DNA of 64,000 bases, from the NCBI GenBank assembly GCA_024679065.1, contig JAGIQG010000025.1:19344001-19408000 (forward strand), read 5' to 3'. Below, piece after piece: positions 12,029 to 24,280 of the stretch. The notes beneath the pieces are model-generated. The model made no database searches, had not been told where the DNA came from, and saw nothing but the letters and a program-made list of their open reading frames with translations. This DNA is from Sphyrna mokarran (lineage: Eukaryota). Every line of letters starts with the position of its first letter. Within the stretch, counting starts at the first letter, position 1. The position numbers were made by a program, and so were the translations under genes.

Positions 12029-12124
12029 CGACTGTGTGACTATGTGTGTGACTTACTTTTGGAAGAGTCTAATGTTCAACCAGTGTCTACACCAGTAACT
12101 GTCTGTGGGGACATACATGGGCAG
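12029..12124 (+). CDS. PPP6C: PPP6C exon 2
   Basis: ttttag|[32 protein letters not shown]|gtgagt; contains GDIHG. Confidence 0.98.
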
Positions 12125-12948
12125 GTGAGTTTATTTTCTATTTTAAAGAACAGTTACTTCAGGCTAACAATTACCAATTTCAGAAATCTATAGCTAACTC
12201 CTCCTAACTAACGCCTAAAATTGCATTAGCTGCTAACTTTGGGACTGTAAGTGGATTATTCCTATCTCATGGCTGTCTAATTGGTGCAAATTAGTGTGAA
12301 TTTCTTAAGTTGGGTTGAGTTTTTTGTATGTAACTTTTTTCTCTAAACCTGTCTGTGCTGTTTTGTATTCATCAAGGTGGACATTTTGGTGCTTGGGAAT
12401 GGAACATTTTTCTATTTTTTGGGTATCATATTCACCTAAGCCATCAATGTGTCATGTTTGCCCTACAGTTATCATTTTGACTGAGGTTGTTGATTTGAGG
12501 GGTATTTTGTGTTTTATTACACATTTTCACTCCTCTCATCCCATCAGTCTCAAATAGATTTGAACATGGATACAAAATCCTAGTATATTACCTACCAAAC
12601 AATGAGTAATTCAAATGACATTCTCCATTTCCATATGACCAAATGATATTGCTCAATGTGGTTTTTTCCTGGCATCCTGACATAAATATCACTTGCAGCC
12701 AGTTGGGTTACTGCTATGAATCTCTAATTCTCTTATCCACATTTAAAAATTTACTTTGGAGGCTGAATTGTACAGAAATTCTGTATGTTGCATCACATGA
12801 AAGAAAACATTTTTAAGTTCAGTAATTTGGGTATAGGACAAGCGGGTTGAGGCTATTCAAATATCATGTTTCCTATACAGTGATTTTTGCATTAGATTTT
12901 ATGTTTGTAATGTACAAAATGTTCACTGGATTTTAAATTATTTTACAG

Positions 12949-13014
12949 TTCTATGACTTGGGTGAGCTGTTCAGGACTGGAGGTCCAGTTCCTGACACAA
13001 ATTATATTTTTATG
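12949..13014 (+). CDS. PPP6C: PPP6C exon 3
   Basis: ttacag|[22 protein letters not shown]|gtaagt. Confidence 0.98.
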
Positions 13015-13488
13015 GTAAGTAATTGTTTAAAACTATATACTATAAATTCTTTGAATTTTAAAAATATTTCTTTCATTAAAGTTCAGTTGTAAGTTTGAAA
13101 CCTGACTATCTGGTCTTGGCACTTAATATTGCTTTGATATCTCAAATTGACAGAAGTATTTTGTAAACCAATTTATGAAAATAAGAGGAATTTGGTACTA
13201 TTTATTAAGAATATTTTAGATGTGCACCTAAACCATTAAAAATGAATATAGGAACTATATTGTTAGGTTTAATACTTGAGGTTTGTATATTGATTGTAGA
13301 TTTACATAGATGCACAAGAAAGCTGCTTGCTAATACCACGTATAGCATTTAAAGATTGCAGGAATAGATTGGACTGAAAAGTAGCAATTTTTTCTAATGT
13401 TATATAAGCATAAATATTTTGTTTTGCATCATATTTAATTACATGTTTTTTTAAATTGTCTGTCATACTAACCTAATTTTGTTAACAG

Positions 13489-13630
13489 GGTGACTTTGTG
13501 GACAGAGGGTATTATAGTCTTGAAACTTTTACCTACCTCCTTGCATTGAAGGCAAAATGGCCTGATCGCATCACACTTCTCAGAGGAAATCATGAAAGCA
13601 GGCAAATCACTCAAGTCTACGGGTTCTATG
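13489..13630 (+). CDS. PPP6C: PPP6C exon 4
   Basis: aacag|[10 protein letters not shown]...[17 protein letters not shown]|gtaatt; GDFVDRG and GNHE motifs; TACTAAC branch point 13466-13472. Confidence 0.98.
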
Positions 13631-13752
13631 GTAATTTGAGTGGGTTTTAAGTTCTTTTGAAAACTAGCTTATCTGGGGGAAAATAAGGATTTCTTGATCA
13701 AATTCTAGTCTTTTGAGTGGTCAGAAAAACTAAACATAATTTGTTTTAACAG

Positions 13753-13832
13753 ATGAGTGCCAAACTAAGTATGGAAATGCTAATGCTTGGCGGTACTGTA
13801 CCAAAGTCTTCGACATGCTTACAGTAGCAGCT
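13753..13832 (+). CDS. PPP6C: PPP6C exon 5
   Basis: aacag|(D)[26 protein letters not shown]|gtaagt. Confidence 0.98.
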
Positions 13833-14384
13833 GTAAGTAAATATTTATGTTGAAAAGTTCTGTGAAGTATTTGGATGTATTCTACTAAAATTGGATTTTG
13901 AGCAGTTAACAGCCCCTATACCAAAGAATTGTTACAATTTGAGAACTTCATGGTAGTAAAAAGAAACTCGGTTTGGCAAGTGCAACCTCACTCCTTTAAT
14001 GATCTGGTCATAAAATATTCTCTCTACATGGGAGTAACTTGTGTTTAGGAGAGCAGTATCTATAGCCTGTGTTAAGGAGAAAATACCTTTTCAGTAAAAC
14101 TTAGAAGCCCCTCCAGTGGGCAGAAGATACTAGCTGGCTTCTGTAGATTCAACAAACACTGTTCTCACTGAGCACTAACCCCCATGAATGCATTTTCAAG
14201 GGTGAGTGATCAGAGTAGATGTTAAGTACGCACATTGAAAAAAATATCACCTGGTAACTGCAACACTTATTTGAGATTTTTGAGATCAAAGGACATAAGT
14301 TTTGATCAGAATACCATAATCTATATTAATCAACTTTAAAAATGTAGATGTGCAAAAATTGATCGTAATTCAAGTCTCCTGTAT

Positions 14385-15416
14385 CATAGAGTCAGAACCA
14401 TATAGCGCAGAAGAGAACATTTGACCCATCAAGTCCTCACCAACACATTGGAGACATCTGATCTCACATATAGCAGTACTTGATCCATAGCCCTGAATGT
14501 TATGATGTGCCAAGTGCTCATCCATATATCTTTTAAAGGATGTGAGGCAACCCATCTCTAACACCCTCCAAGGCAGCACATTCTAGAATCCTACCACCCT
14601 CTGAGTTTAAAAAAGTTTTCTTCACATCGCCCTAAACCTCCTGCCCCTCACCTTGAACCTATAGTGGTTCACACTGCTGCCTCATAGCACCAGGGATCCA
14701 GGTTCAGTTCCCGGCTTAGTTCACTGTTAATGCAATGTTTGTGTTCTCCCCACGTTTGCATGGGTTTCCTCTGGGTGCTCCAGCTTCCTCCCACAATCCA
14801 GAAGCTGTACTAATTAAGTGCATTGGCCGTGCTAAATTGCCCCTCCACAGATACCAGAGTGTAGTGATTAGGGACTTTCACAGTAACTTCATTGCAGTGT
14901 TAATGTAAACCTACTTGTGATAACAAACTTTGTCTCCTCTGACTGAACCTTCAACTAAGGGGAACAGTTGCTCCTTATCTATCTATCCATGTCTCTCATA
15001 AGCTTATACAACTCACTCAGGTCACCCCTCAGTCTTCCCTGCTCCAACAAAGATAATGTTGTGGTTGGTCTTGACAGCATGGATGGCATTGCATTGTGCT
15101 TGGGTGATGTTTGGGGCTGTCTTGAGTGTGGTTGATGAATCTGGTGTTAATGCACCTCCTGATGGCTTGGGCACACGTCCAGTTGAGGGCAATGGCCTTC
15201 CGGAGGAGTCCACTTTGACCCTTTCCTCTTTGGTTGCTGCACTGCAGTTCCCTCTGTCAGTTTGTCGTCAAAGATAACCCAAGTATATCCAATCTTCCTT
15301 TGTAACTTGATGCTGCCCGGGATGGAGCATTTCTGCAGAATCTCTACTGCATCCCCTCCAGTGCAAAAACATCCTTCCAATTAATATGGCATTCAACTGT
15401 ACACAGTACTCCTGCT
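14385..15416 (-). mobile_element. CR1 LINE 3' part, interrupted by a V-SINE (about 14663-14930) and a Penelope fragment (about 15053-15273)
   Basis: CR1 tail and 'FKRYMDEHL' on -; V core at 14740-14795; PLE motif NITQAQCNAIHAVKTNHNII. Confidence 0.7.
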
Positions 15417-17359
15417 GTGGTCTCTTCCTTGGACACAGGTGAGGTCCCAGAGGACTGGAGAATAGCTAATGTTGTACCGTTGTTTAAAAAGGGTAGTAGG
15501 GATAACCCTGGAAATTATAGGCCGGTGAGTTTGACGTCAGTGGTAGGGAAGCTGTTGGAGGGGATCCTTAGAGATAGGATGTATAGGCACTTAGAGCGTT
15601 GCGATCTGATTAGGGATACGCAGCATGGATTTGTTAAGGGGAGGTCGTGCCTTACAAATCTGGTAGAATTTTTTGAGGAGGTGACGAAAACGGTGGACGA
15701 AGGGCGAGCCGTTGATGTCGTCTATATGGATTTCAGTAAGGTGTTTGACAAAGTCCCTCATGGGAGGTTAGTTGAGAAGGTCAAGGCTCATGGGATACAA
15801 GGACAAGTAGCTAGATGGATAAGTAACTGGCTTGGTAATAGGAGACAGAGTAATAGTGGAAGGATGTTTCTCTAGCTGGAGGTCGGTCACTAGTGGTGTG
15901 CCGCAGGGCTCGGTACTGGGACCTCTTCTATTTGTAATATATATAAATGACTTGGAAGAGGGAGTAAGTGGAGTGATCAGCAAGTTTGCAGACGATACAA
16001 AGATGGCTGGACTTGCGGATAGTGAGGAGCATTGTCAGGCGATGCAGCAGGACATAGATAGGCTGGTAGCTTGGGCAGACAGATGGCAGATGGAATTCAA
16101 TCCTGATAAATGTGAGGTGATGCATTTCGGGAGAAAGAATGTAGGGGGGAGGTATATGATAAAGGGTAGACCTATTAAGAGTATAGAAACGCAGAGGGAC
16201 CTGGGGGTGCAGGTGAACAAGTCTCTGAAGGTGGCAGAGCAAGTGGAGAAGGTTGTGAAGAAAGCATACAGTATGCTAGCCTTTATAGGAAGGGGTATAG
16301 AGTACAAGAGCTGGCCTTTAATATTGCAGTTGTATAAAACGCTGGTTAGACCTCATTTGGAATACTGCGTCCAATTCTGGTCGCCTTACTACCGGAAGGA
16401 CGTGGAGACTCTGGAGAGAGTGCAGAGGAGGTTTACCAGGATGCTGCCTGGTATGGAAGGTCTGAGTTACATTAGGAGAGATTAGGCAAATTGGGAGTTT
16501 GAATTGTTTTCCTTAGAAATTGTTTTCCTTAGAAAGACGTAGACTTAGAGGAGATCTAATAGAGGTGTACAAGATTTTGAAGGGGATAGAGTAAACAGGG
16601 CTAAGCTTTTTCCTAGGATGGACTCAAATAGCACAAGGGGTCACGGGCTTAGGGTGAGGGGGGTAAGGTATTATTTGTATTCTAGGGGGAGTTGTTTCAC
16701 ACAGAGGGTGGTGGGGGTATGGAATGTGCTGCCAAGTAAAGTGGTGGAGGCAGGTACTCTGGAAATATTTAAGGAATACTTAGATGGGCACATGAACAGA
16801 ATGGGAATGGAGAGGTATAAAAAACTGATTTAAAATAGGGATCGTGAGCCTTGGGAGTCCCTGGGAAGTGTGTAAATAGATGATGATATTGATGTACTTG
16901 TTTTTATCCTACAGTTGCTTTGGTCCACCTTGTTGTCTAACGAGGGGCATACACGCAATGGGTCGTGAGAGGACTGCTCTTGGATCTTTTGAGAGTATCC
17001 TACTGCTTCACGTCGTTAGTGTATGCTTGACCTGCACCATCTGATGGGTAACACGACAGCTCAGTGACTATCGCTGTGCAGATACATGGATTTGGGCCTT
17101 TGTCTGTGGGAGTTTGCGCATTCTGCCTGTGCTTGCGTGGGTTTTCTCTGGGTGCTCCGGTTTCCTCCCACATCCCAAAGATGTGCTCTTGGGTTAATTG
17201 GCAAAACAAATTCTCCCTAAATTGTCTCAAATTTGGTTTTTAATCCATAGATCTATAAACATGGACAGGGATCGCGGGTAGAGGTGGGAACATTGGGGTG
17301 GTGGCGTGGGCTCGTTGGACCGAAGGGCCTGTTTCCTGTGCTGTTTTGTTCTTTGTTCT
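15417..17359 (+). mobile_element. Young 5'-truncated CR1 LINE (RT with few frameshifts) with an extended 3' UTR containing a V-SINE-derived segment
   Basis: ORFs 15417-15875, 15832-16485 and 16618-16833 (PEDWRIANV, NYRPVSLTS, GVPQGSVLGP, KFADD); the CR1-type tail appears only at 17310-17359. Confidence 0.9.
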
Positions 17360-17374
17360 TTATATTCCAAGTTT

Positions 17375-18115
17375 TTCAGGGTTAAATTCTGCCCATTTGA
17401 TCATTCCATCTATATCTCTATTAACCACCCAGCCAATCTTTCTGTCATCTGCAAACTTAGTAATCTTACCCCCCCCCTCCTGCCGCCACCTCCCCACATT
17501 ATCATCAATGCCCCTTATATAAATGACGATAAGGGGACCGACAATCCTTGCAGAATGCCACTGGCTTCTAGTCATTAAAGCAGTCTTCTATCATATTCTG
17601 TCTCCCATAACTGAGCCAATTTTGAATCCATTTTATCAAATTCCCTGTATCCTATTATGAAATTAACTTCTTTACAATTCCCCATGTGGAACTTTTGTTG
17701 AAGGCTTTGCTGAAGTTCATATAAACTACAGTGACTCATGTACACACTTAGTCACCACCTCAAATTCAATTAAGTTTTTTGAGTGTGCCTCCCCTTAAGA
17801 AGCCATGCTAACTATCGCTAATCAAGCTTTGCCCCTCCATATAGAGATAGATGCTCTCCTTTAGAAGCTTCTGTGATAGTTTCCCTACCACTGATGTGAG
17901 ATTCACTAGTCTTTCGTTCCCTGGTTTATCTCCTACAACTCTTCTTAAATAACAGAACCGTGTAAGCTGTTCTTCAGTCGTCTGGCACACCCATGACCAG
18001 AGAGGAATTGAAAATTTTGAGTCGGAGTCCCTGCAATTTCTCTTGCCTCCTAGAGTGCTTGGAGCACAATTCATCTAGACCTGGAGATTTATCTATTGTA
18101 AGGTTGCCAGCATCT
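17375..18115 (-). mobile_element. Continuation of the old minus-strand CR1
   Basis: KITKFADDRKIG and DKPGNERLVNLTSVVGKL on -. Confidence 0.75.
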
Positions 18116-18866
18116 CCAATACCTTGTCCTTCCTTATGTCAGTTTGCTTAGGAACCTCACTGCCTCAGTCAAAGAACAGTCCTTCAATTCCATACCATCA
18201 TCCTTATTCTTGAATGAAAATGGATTTGCTCTTTGCCTGGGTGCGCATGTGCAGTACTGGCCACTGTGCTGCTCCATTACCCAGAGGGTTAACTACAATT
18301 GGGTTCCTGATTGTAGTTATCCTCTATTTCTGAAATCTTCCCTGGTTCTCCTAAGGTCCTCAGTCTTACCATTGGCACATTCCCGATCATTCTTGGGTCT
18401 TTTGTGTTTTTGGGCCATTTCTCCACATTAAAGATTCTGTGTAAATGCATGTTGCTTTTGACATAAACTCTGGAGACTTAAAATACATGTGTTGTGTGAT
18501 TTTTGAAAATGCAGCTTTAGCATGGTTAAGTAAATGAATGCTGTTAAAATTGTAGGTTGAAGGGAAATGATACATCCCAAAAAAGGTGCTAATTCCAGTT
18601 CTGTATATGAATATGTATTTGTGCATGTGGGAACCAATTAAAATGTGAATTTGGCATCACAAAAGTCAGGGGTTGGGGAGGATTTGAAGCAGAAGATGTG
18701 GAACTCTGGGGAGTATGGGATCAGTAGGAATAGTTTTGGATTTCTTAGGTTTCCTTGTCTTTCAGTTTATTTAGTTTTAGAGTTAATATATGCCAGCAAT
18801 AATTTCTACTCAGTATTTTTATAGGGCATTTAATTATAAAAACAATTTATATTTTTGTAATATCAG

Positions 18867-19076
18867 TTGATAGATGAACAGATCTTGTGTGTGCATGGTG
18901 GACTTTCTCCTGATATCAAAACTCTCGATCAAATCCGAACCATTGAGCGTAACCAGGAAATCCCACACAAAGGAGCCTTCTGTGACCTCGTATGGTCTGA
19001 TCCTGAGGATGTCGATACTTGGGCCATCAGTCCTCGAGGAGCAGGTTGGCTCTTCGGAGCAAAAGTTACAAATGAG
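18867..19076 (+). CDS. PPP6C: PPP6C exon 6
   Basis: tatcag|[16 protein letters not shown]...[16 protein letters not shown]|gtaaat. Confidence 0.98.
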
Positions 19077-19254
19077 GTAAATTGTCAACTCTAGACTTCA
19101 AAAGAACTTGAATTTTGGGAGTTTGAGGGAAAACTTTTTTTTAAAAAGAAGTTTGTTAATTGTTATGCTTAATTTTGATAATCAGATTATTCTGATCAAA
19201 TCGTGGATTCATACTTAATCAGTTTTCCACATTTTTCTCTCCCATATATTTGCC

Positions 19255-19780
19255 ACAGAAATAAGTCATTCAGCCCAACCAAACTATGGTGGTATTTATG
19301 CTCCACTCGAGCCTTATCCCATCATTCCTCATCTAAATTTGGTGTCATAGTCTTCTGGTTTTTTTTCCTCCCACATATGCCTGTCCAGCTTCCCCTTAAA
19401 TATGTTTATGCTATTTGCTTCAACTATCTTGCTCTAGTAGCAAGTTCCACATTCTAATAGCTTTTAGGAAGTCAAGAGACACTCTTGTCCACTGTTGGAT
19501 TTCTTGGTGACAATCTTGTATCTCTAGTTATGCTGTTTCACATGAGTGGAATCATTCTCTAAACCCTCTATCAAACCTTTTCATTATTTTAAAGACTTCA
19601 ATTAGGTTGCCTGTCAGCATTATTTCAACAACGATCTAGTTTTAGATTTTTCTGGTATCATTTTGTCTGCACCCTCTCCACTGTTTCAAATCCTTTTAAT
19701 ATTATGATGACCAGAACTCTACACAGTAGTTCAAGTGTGGTCTAAACAAGATTTGATACACATTTAGCCTAACTTTTCTA
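19255..19780 (-). mobile_element. Old CR1 3' fragment in PPP6C intron 6
   Basis: Reverse-complement remnants of CR1 'RPHLNYCVEFWS' and 3' UTR. Confidence 0.6.
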
Positions 19781-20294
19781 TGAAGTGTTTTTATGACCTG
19801 GTTGTGTACAATATTAGGAGATAGGCCCATTGTCTGGAGAAAGTAATCTTGATTTGTATGACAGAAGTGTCAGGTATTAATAGATTTATCTCTAATAGAG
19901 ACATATTCAGGAGGACGGAGATTTATTTTTATTTTCTTTCCTCTGGTTTTATCATTTTTTTCCTGTCCTCAAACTTAGTATGCCAGAAATAAATTGAACT
20001 GAACTTTATTATTGCTCTGGCTGAGAGGTTGACTCAACACAAGCTGGAGATTAGACTTCATGGTCTTGGTATAATGGCTTTTTGTTTTTTTTGGAAAATG
20101 TTATGACTTTGCCTTTCCTCTCCTTCAAAATGAGTTGGTGCAATATGCACCATAAAGATGTTGATAGCGTTGCATGTTCAGAGTACAGTATAATTCAGAA
20201 ATGGAACACTAAGTGGCGCTCTGCTCCTCAACTTTGGTATTCAGCCTAGGCATTTCCTTCATGCAGTTTTTTAAAAATTCTTTTTGTTTTGTAG

Positions 20295-20543
20295 TTTGTT
20301 CACATCAACAACCTGAAACTAATCTGCCGAGCGCATCAGCTAGTTCACGAAGGATATAAATTCATGTTTGATGAGAAGTTGGTGACTGTATGGTCTGCTC
20401 CTAACTATTGTTACCGTTGTGGAAATATTGCATCAATCATGGTCTTCAACAACGTGAACTCAAGGGAGCCAAAATTATTTCGTGCGGTTCCAGATTCAGA
20501 GCGTGTAATTCCACCAAGAACAACAACACCTTATTTCCTTTAA
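20295..20543 (+). CDS. PPP6C: PPP6C exon 7 (last coding exon)
   Basis: ttgtag|[15 protein letters not shown]...[11 protein letters not shown]...RTTTPYFL*; total CDS 918 nt = 305 aa; RAHQ, SAPNY and C-terminal YFL motifs. Confidence 0.98.
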   Translation, partial: FVHINNLKLICRAHQLVHEGYKFMFDEKLVTVWSAPNYCYRCGNIASIMVFNNVNSREPKLFRAVPDSERVIPPRTTTPYFL

Positions 20544-20678
20544 GATATATTTTGTTCTCGGTAAAAGATTTCTTAAAATACAGTGCACAATGGACTGTAA
20601 ACATACATTGTGTTGCATAGACAAGAGTGAAGATGTAGAATTTCAACCATTCTATCAAATATTTTAAATGCTAATTTG

Positions 20679-20871
20679 AATAAAGTGGTCTAAAGGGCTG
20701 CCTTTTTCTTTGTTTTTAATGCTAGCAGATATTGAGAAACTGATTTATGTGCTCCCGTAATTAAAAATTTGTACATTAAAATAATTGTATTGATCAGTTT
20801 TCAAATTTCATTGTATTTTAATATAGTAATATGGTGACTACAACTCTCATAGGTTAAATATTGGAAATAAA
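20679..20871 (+). terminator. Candidate proximal PPP6C poly(A) signals
   Basis: AATAAA at 20679-20684 and 20866-20871 in an AU-rich 3' UTR; a more distal one at 22578-22583. Confidence 0.5.
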
Positions 20872-22039
20872 CTGCTTTATTATTAACTCAAATGTTCACT
20901 GCCCTTTCTGATTTAAATCAGTGATATTTAAACTTACTGGGAGTTAGTTCATTATTACAGTAGAGTACATTAGCTATGTACTGTATGTCCTGAAACATCT
21001 GATCTTTTATATAATTAGACCACTGACATGCAAACTAAGCATTTAATGATGTAGGTTATTTAAAACTGTTTCCAAAATATAGAACATTTTATATTGAGAT
21101 GCTTTAATATTGTATTTGCTTTTCATGTTTGAATATTTTGAAACTTCAAAACTGACCTTTTTAAAAATGTTGGAGTAATTAACTAGTCTCATTTGGCGTT
21201 AAAAGCTTTCTTCTTGTTGTTGAAACACATTGAAAATTTTTACTTTTCGTCCTTGTGAATATATTCGCTTCTCTTGGAATGTGGCTCCAGTATCCTGCCA
21301 AAGTTGTCATTGGCCCAGATTTAAGCTGCAGTAGTAGTGGTATAATTCAGCATTCCACATCATTACTGACAAAGCTTTGGAATCCATGCATGATTAAATG
21401 CAGAATAAGTTCCATCCTTTGTTCTGTATTTCCGCATAAAGTGCATTCTTGCAATCGCCATGTACTTAAAGGAAAAAAATTCTTCTTTCATGCTAACAGT
21501 CTCACTGTAAAAAAATCTTGGGAGAAGCTGCACCATTTTGCATGTGTAACTGATTTTTATAGTGCACTAAGTTCAGGCCCTGGAAAAACTGACAGTATTT
21601 GTAAATATCAGATCTTTTTAAAGACCTGAAGTTTGGAAAATTTTTTTGCTTCTACCTTAATCTTGTGTGTATGTCCCAATTTTTCTTTTGCTGTCTGTAA
21701 CATTGTAAGGATCATTTTAATTCCTAGTTTGCTGCTCGAAATTTCTTCAAAGGGATCTCTTTGACTTGCCACCAGATCCAAATTGAGTTGGGGAAAGTTG
21801 AAATCCATAGTGCAGAGATTGGTAAATCTTTAAGCAGCTGCCTCCAAGATTGTCAGCTGTCTTAAATCTAGCTGAATTAGTAACTTTTCAACTTTGATTT
21901 TTTTTGAATACTCACATCAGCTGTGCCAGCTAATCCAACTGATTTCCTCAAGTACAGACAAGCATTTTGAACTACTATTGGAAAAGATTTTTTCCTATTG
22001 AGGGAATTAATATTGTGTAATTCCAAAATGCTGAAACCT

Positions 22040-22330
22040 GAGTTTATGCACTTGTAAAGTTGGCTCAGCGATGGTACTGCTGCGTTCCATCTCTTGCACG
22101 GTCTGGTCAATACCTAGTCCTGACCTTGTGCACAATCTAGGCTGATATTTCCTCAGTAATGTAGAGAGATGACACCTTCCAAATCAAGCAAAGATTCCAT
22201 TGGGTATATTTAGAAGCTCCAATGGTTTTTATTCCTACAAGAGCAGGACATTCTTCTGGCACCCTGGTCAACTTTTAACCTCCTCCACCACTACCAAAAA
22301 TAGATCATTCATTTAATTGTGCTATTGACC
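22040..22330 (+). mobile_element. Old Deu-domain SINE (SacSINE1-like)
   Basis: tggctcagcgatggt head; aatctaggctga...gagcagga...ccctggtcaac core shared with the 39650 copy. Confidence 0.55.
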
Positions 22331-23269
22331 TAATTTAGTTGTAAAGCTAGAGCAGGTTTGACTGTGAACTATCCCAAAGATGTCTAACTGTGTTTTCTGA
22401 ACTTTACACAATAGGAATGACTCCAATCGTTTGGATGACAAACAGTTGCATGATTTATGCTCGTGGAGCCATAACCCAATGAGGGAGAAGGCTGGAGAGG
22501 GTGGGATAGGTGGGGTCCTGAGGTTTGAGCTGAATATTTTACTGTTTGGTGTACTACTGTGTTCCTAAACTATAGAAAATAAACTTATAACATTGCCATG
22601 ATTAAGTCAACATGGTATTGATATGGTTTACAAAACAAGCAATTTTAGCTTAATTTTGCTAATTAATTGCAGTCTTTCACTTTTAAAGGAATTGAAGTTT
22701 GATTATGTAGCATTATTTGCTGGACTTTAAATACAATGCAAAAATGAATGATTTTATTTGCAGTAGGGTTGAGGAACTGCTGTCTACTAATGAAGTCATT
22801 GATCTGCTTAGTTTATTTAATTGTAAGCAATTATGCATAATTTGAAGTATTGTGGTGTTACTACGTTATATTGTAATAATTACTTATCAGAAGGTGACTA
22901 TTTTATCATAGTAAAGTATACACAGTGATACAAGTATGAGGCCTCTTGGTAACTATAGAATTAAAGTATACTTCTTGAGGTATGAATAGAATCTAGATGT
23001 CAAGAATATCTATAATTGTGTTCACTGTGTGGAACTGTGCTTGCACATAGTGTGTTGGAAAATGCACTGCAACATTGCCATTTATATATCCACATTGCCA
23101 TTGTGAACAGGCTTTCTGCTGGAATCATGCAGTTGCAGAGTTAACAAATCTCTTCCAAGCATTTTCTCATGCCCATTCCAACAAAACTGTTGTATCCTGA
23201 ATTTCATCCTTTTGACTTCTCCATTTAAATATTATTCTAGTCTAATAATTTGACACAAGGATTAATTGA

Positions 23270-24280
23270 GGAAAACCAGCATAGATCTGTTAAAGGCAAA
23301 TTGTGTTTCCAAAAAAAACTTAATCTAGTTAGAAGTAAACAGAGGGTTGAAGAGAGTAATATGCTTTATGAAATGCCATATTTTGAAGTTCAAACTATGG
23401 AATAAAACTGTATAGATTAAAAAGTTGAATAGTGGTTTTGTTTTTGGGACAAGAGAAAAGTGTGCATTGGTTGGTATTAGAAAACTGCTTTTCTCAATCT
23501 GTAATGATGACCTAGACTTACTACGCAGTATACACTTTTTAAAATTTGCAGACACACAGAAGTATTGTGAACTGTGAGGAAGAGTGATTAGATCTTGCGG
23601 ATGGGCTGGTGAAATAGAAGGACATGGTAGATGAAATTTAATGCCGAGAAGTCAAGTGATATATTTGAGTAGAAAGAACAAAGGCAAATAAATTCAAGGA
23701 TATTTTCAAGTGCAGAGGAATCTAAGTGTATGTGCAAAATTTGAAGGTTAAGAAATTGGTTTATAAGGCAAATGGGATCCTGAACTTCACAAATAGATGC
23801 ATAGCATATAAAGCATGGAAGTTTTGGTGAACTTGTGTAAAACACTGGTTAATAAGTTGTTGTCAAATTGCCACACTTTTGGAAGAATGGAAAGGCTTTA
23901 CTGGGATGATAAAGATTCCTGTGAATGTGTCAAGGGGGAGGGGCTTCAGTTATGTTAAGATTGGAGAAGCCAGGGCTCTCTTCCTGAGACGAGGTTGGAC
24001 TAAGATGGAGTGGAACATGTTCCCAGTGGCGCAAGGAGAACAGTGATGGATGATGAATTGTGAAAGAGCCAAATGACATGAAGAAAACCTATTTTACACG
24101 GCACAAGGATCGGGAATCTACTGCCTGAGTATAATGGTTACAGGTTCAATTGATTTTCAAAATTAGATTATTTGATGAGAAAATAAACTTAAGGACTTGA
24201 ATGGAAGAGGAGAGCTGCAACCATAGCTAACACAGACATAAAGGGATGAATGGCTTTTCTGTGCTCTAACTATTCTATGA
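23270..24280 (+). mobile_element. Old CR1 LINE fragment
   Basis: GKLC, KFADT and MKFNAEK remnants plus tail ttctgtgctctaactattctatg. Confidence 0.65.

Noticed and set aside
16880-17044. C/D snoRNA-like boxes (ATGATGA ... CTGA)
   Set aside because: No terminal stem or recognisable rRNA guide, and it lies inside a LINE 3' UTR
4315-20294. Possible U12-type introns in PPP6C
   Set aside because: All six donors are U2-type GTRA; none has GTATCCT or ATATCCT
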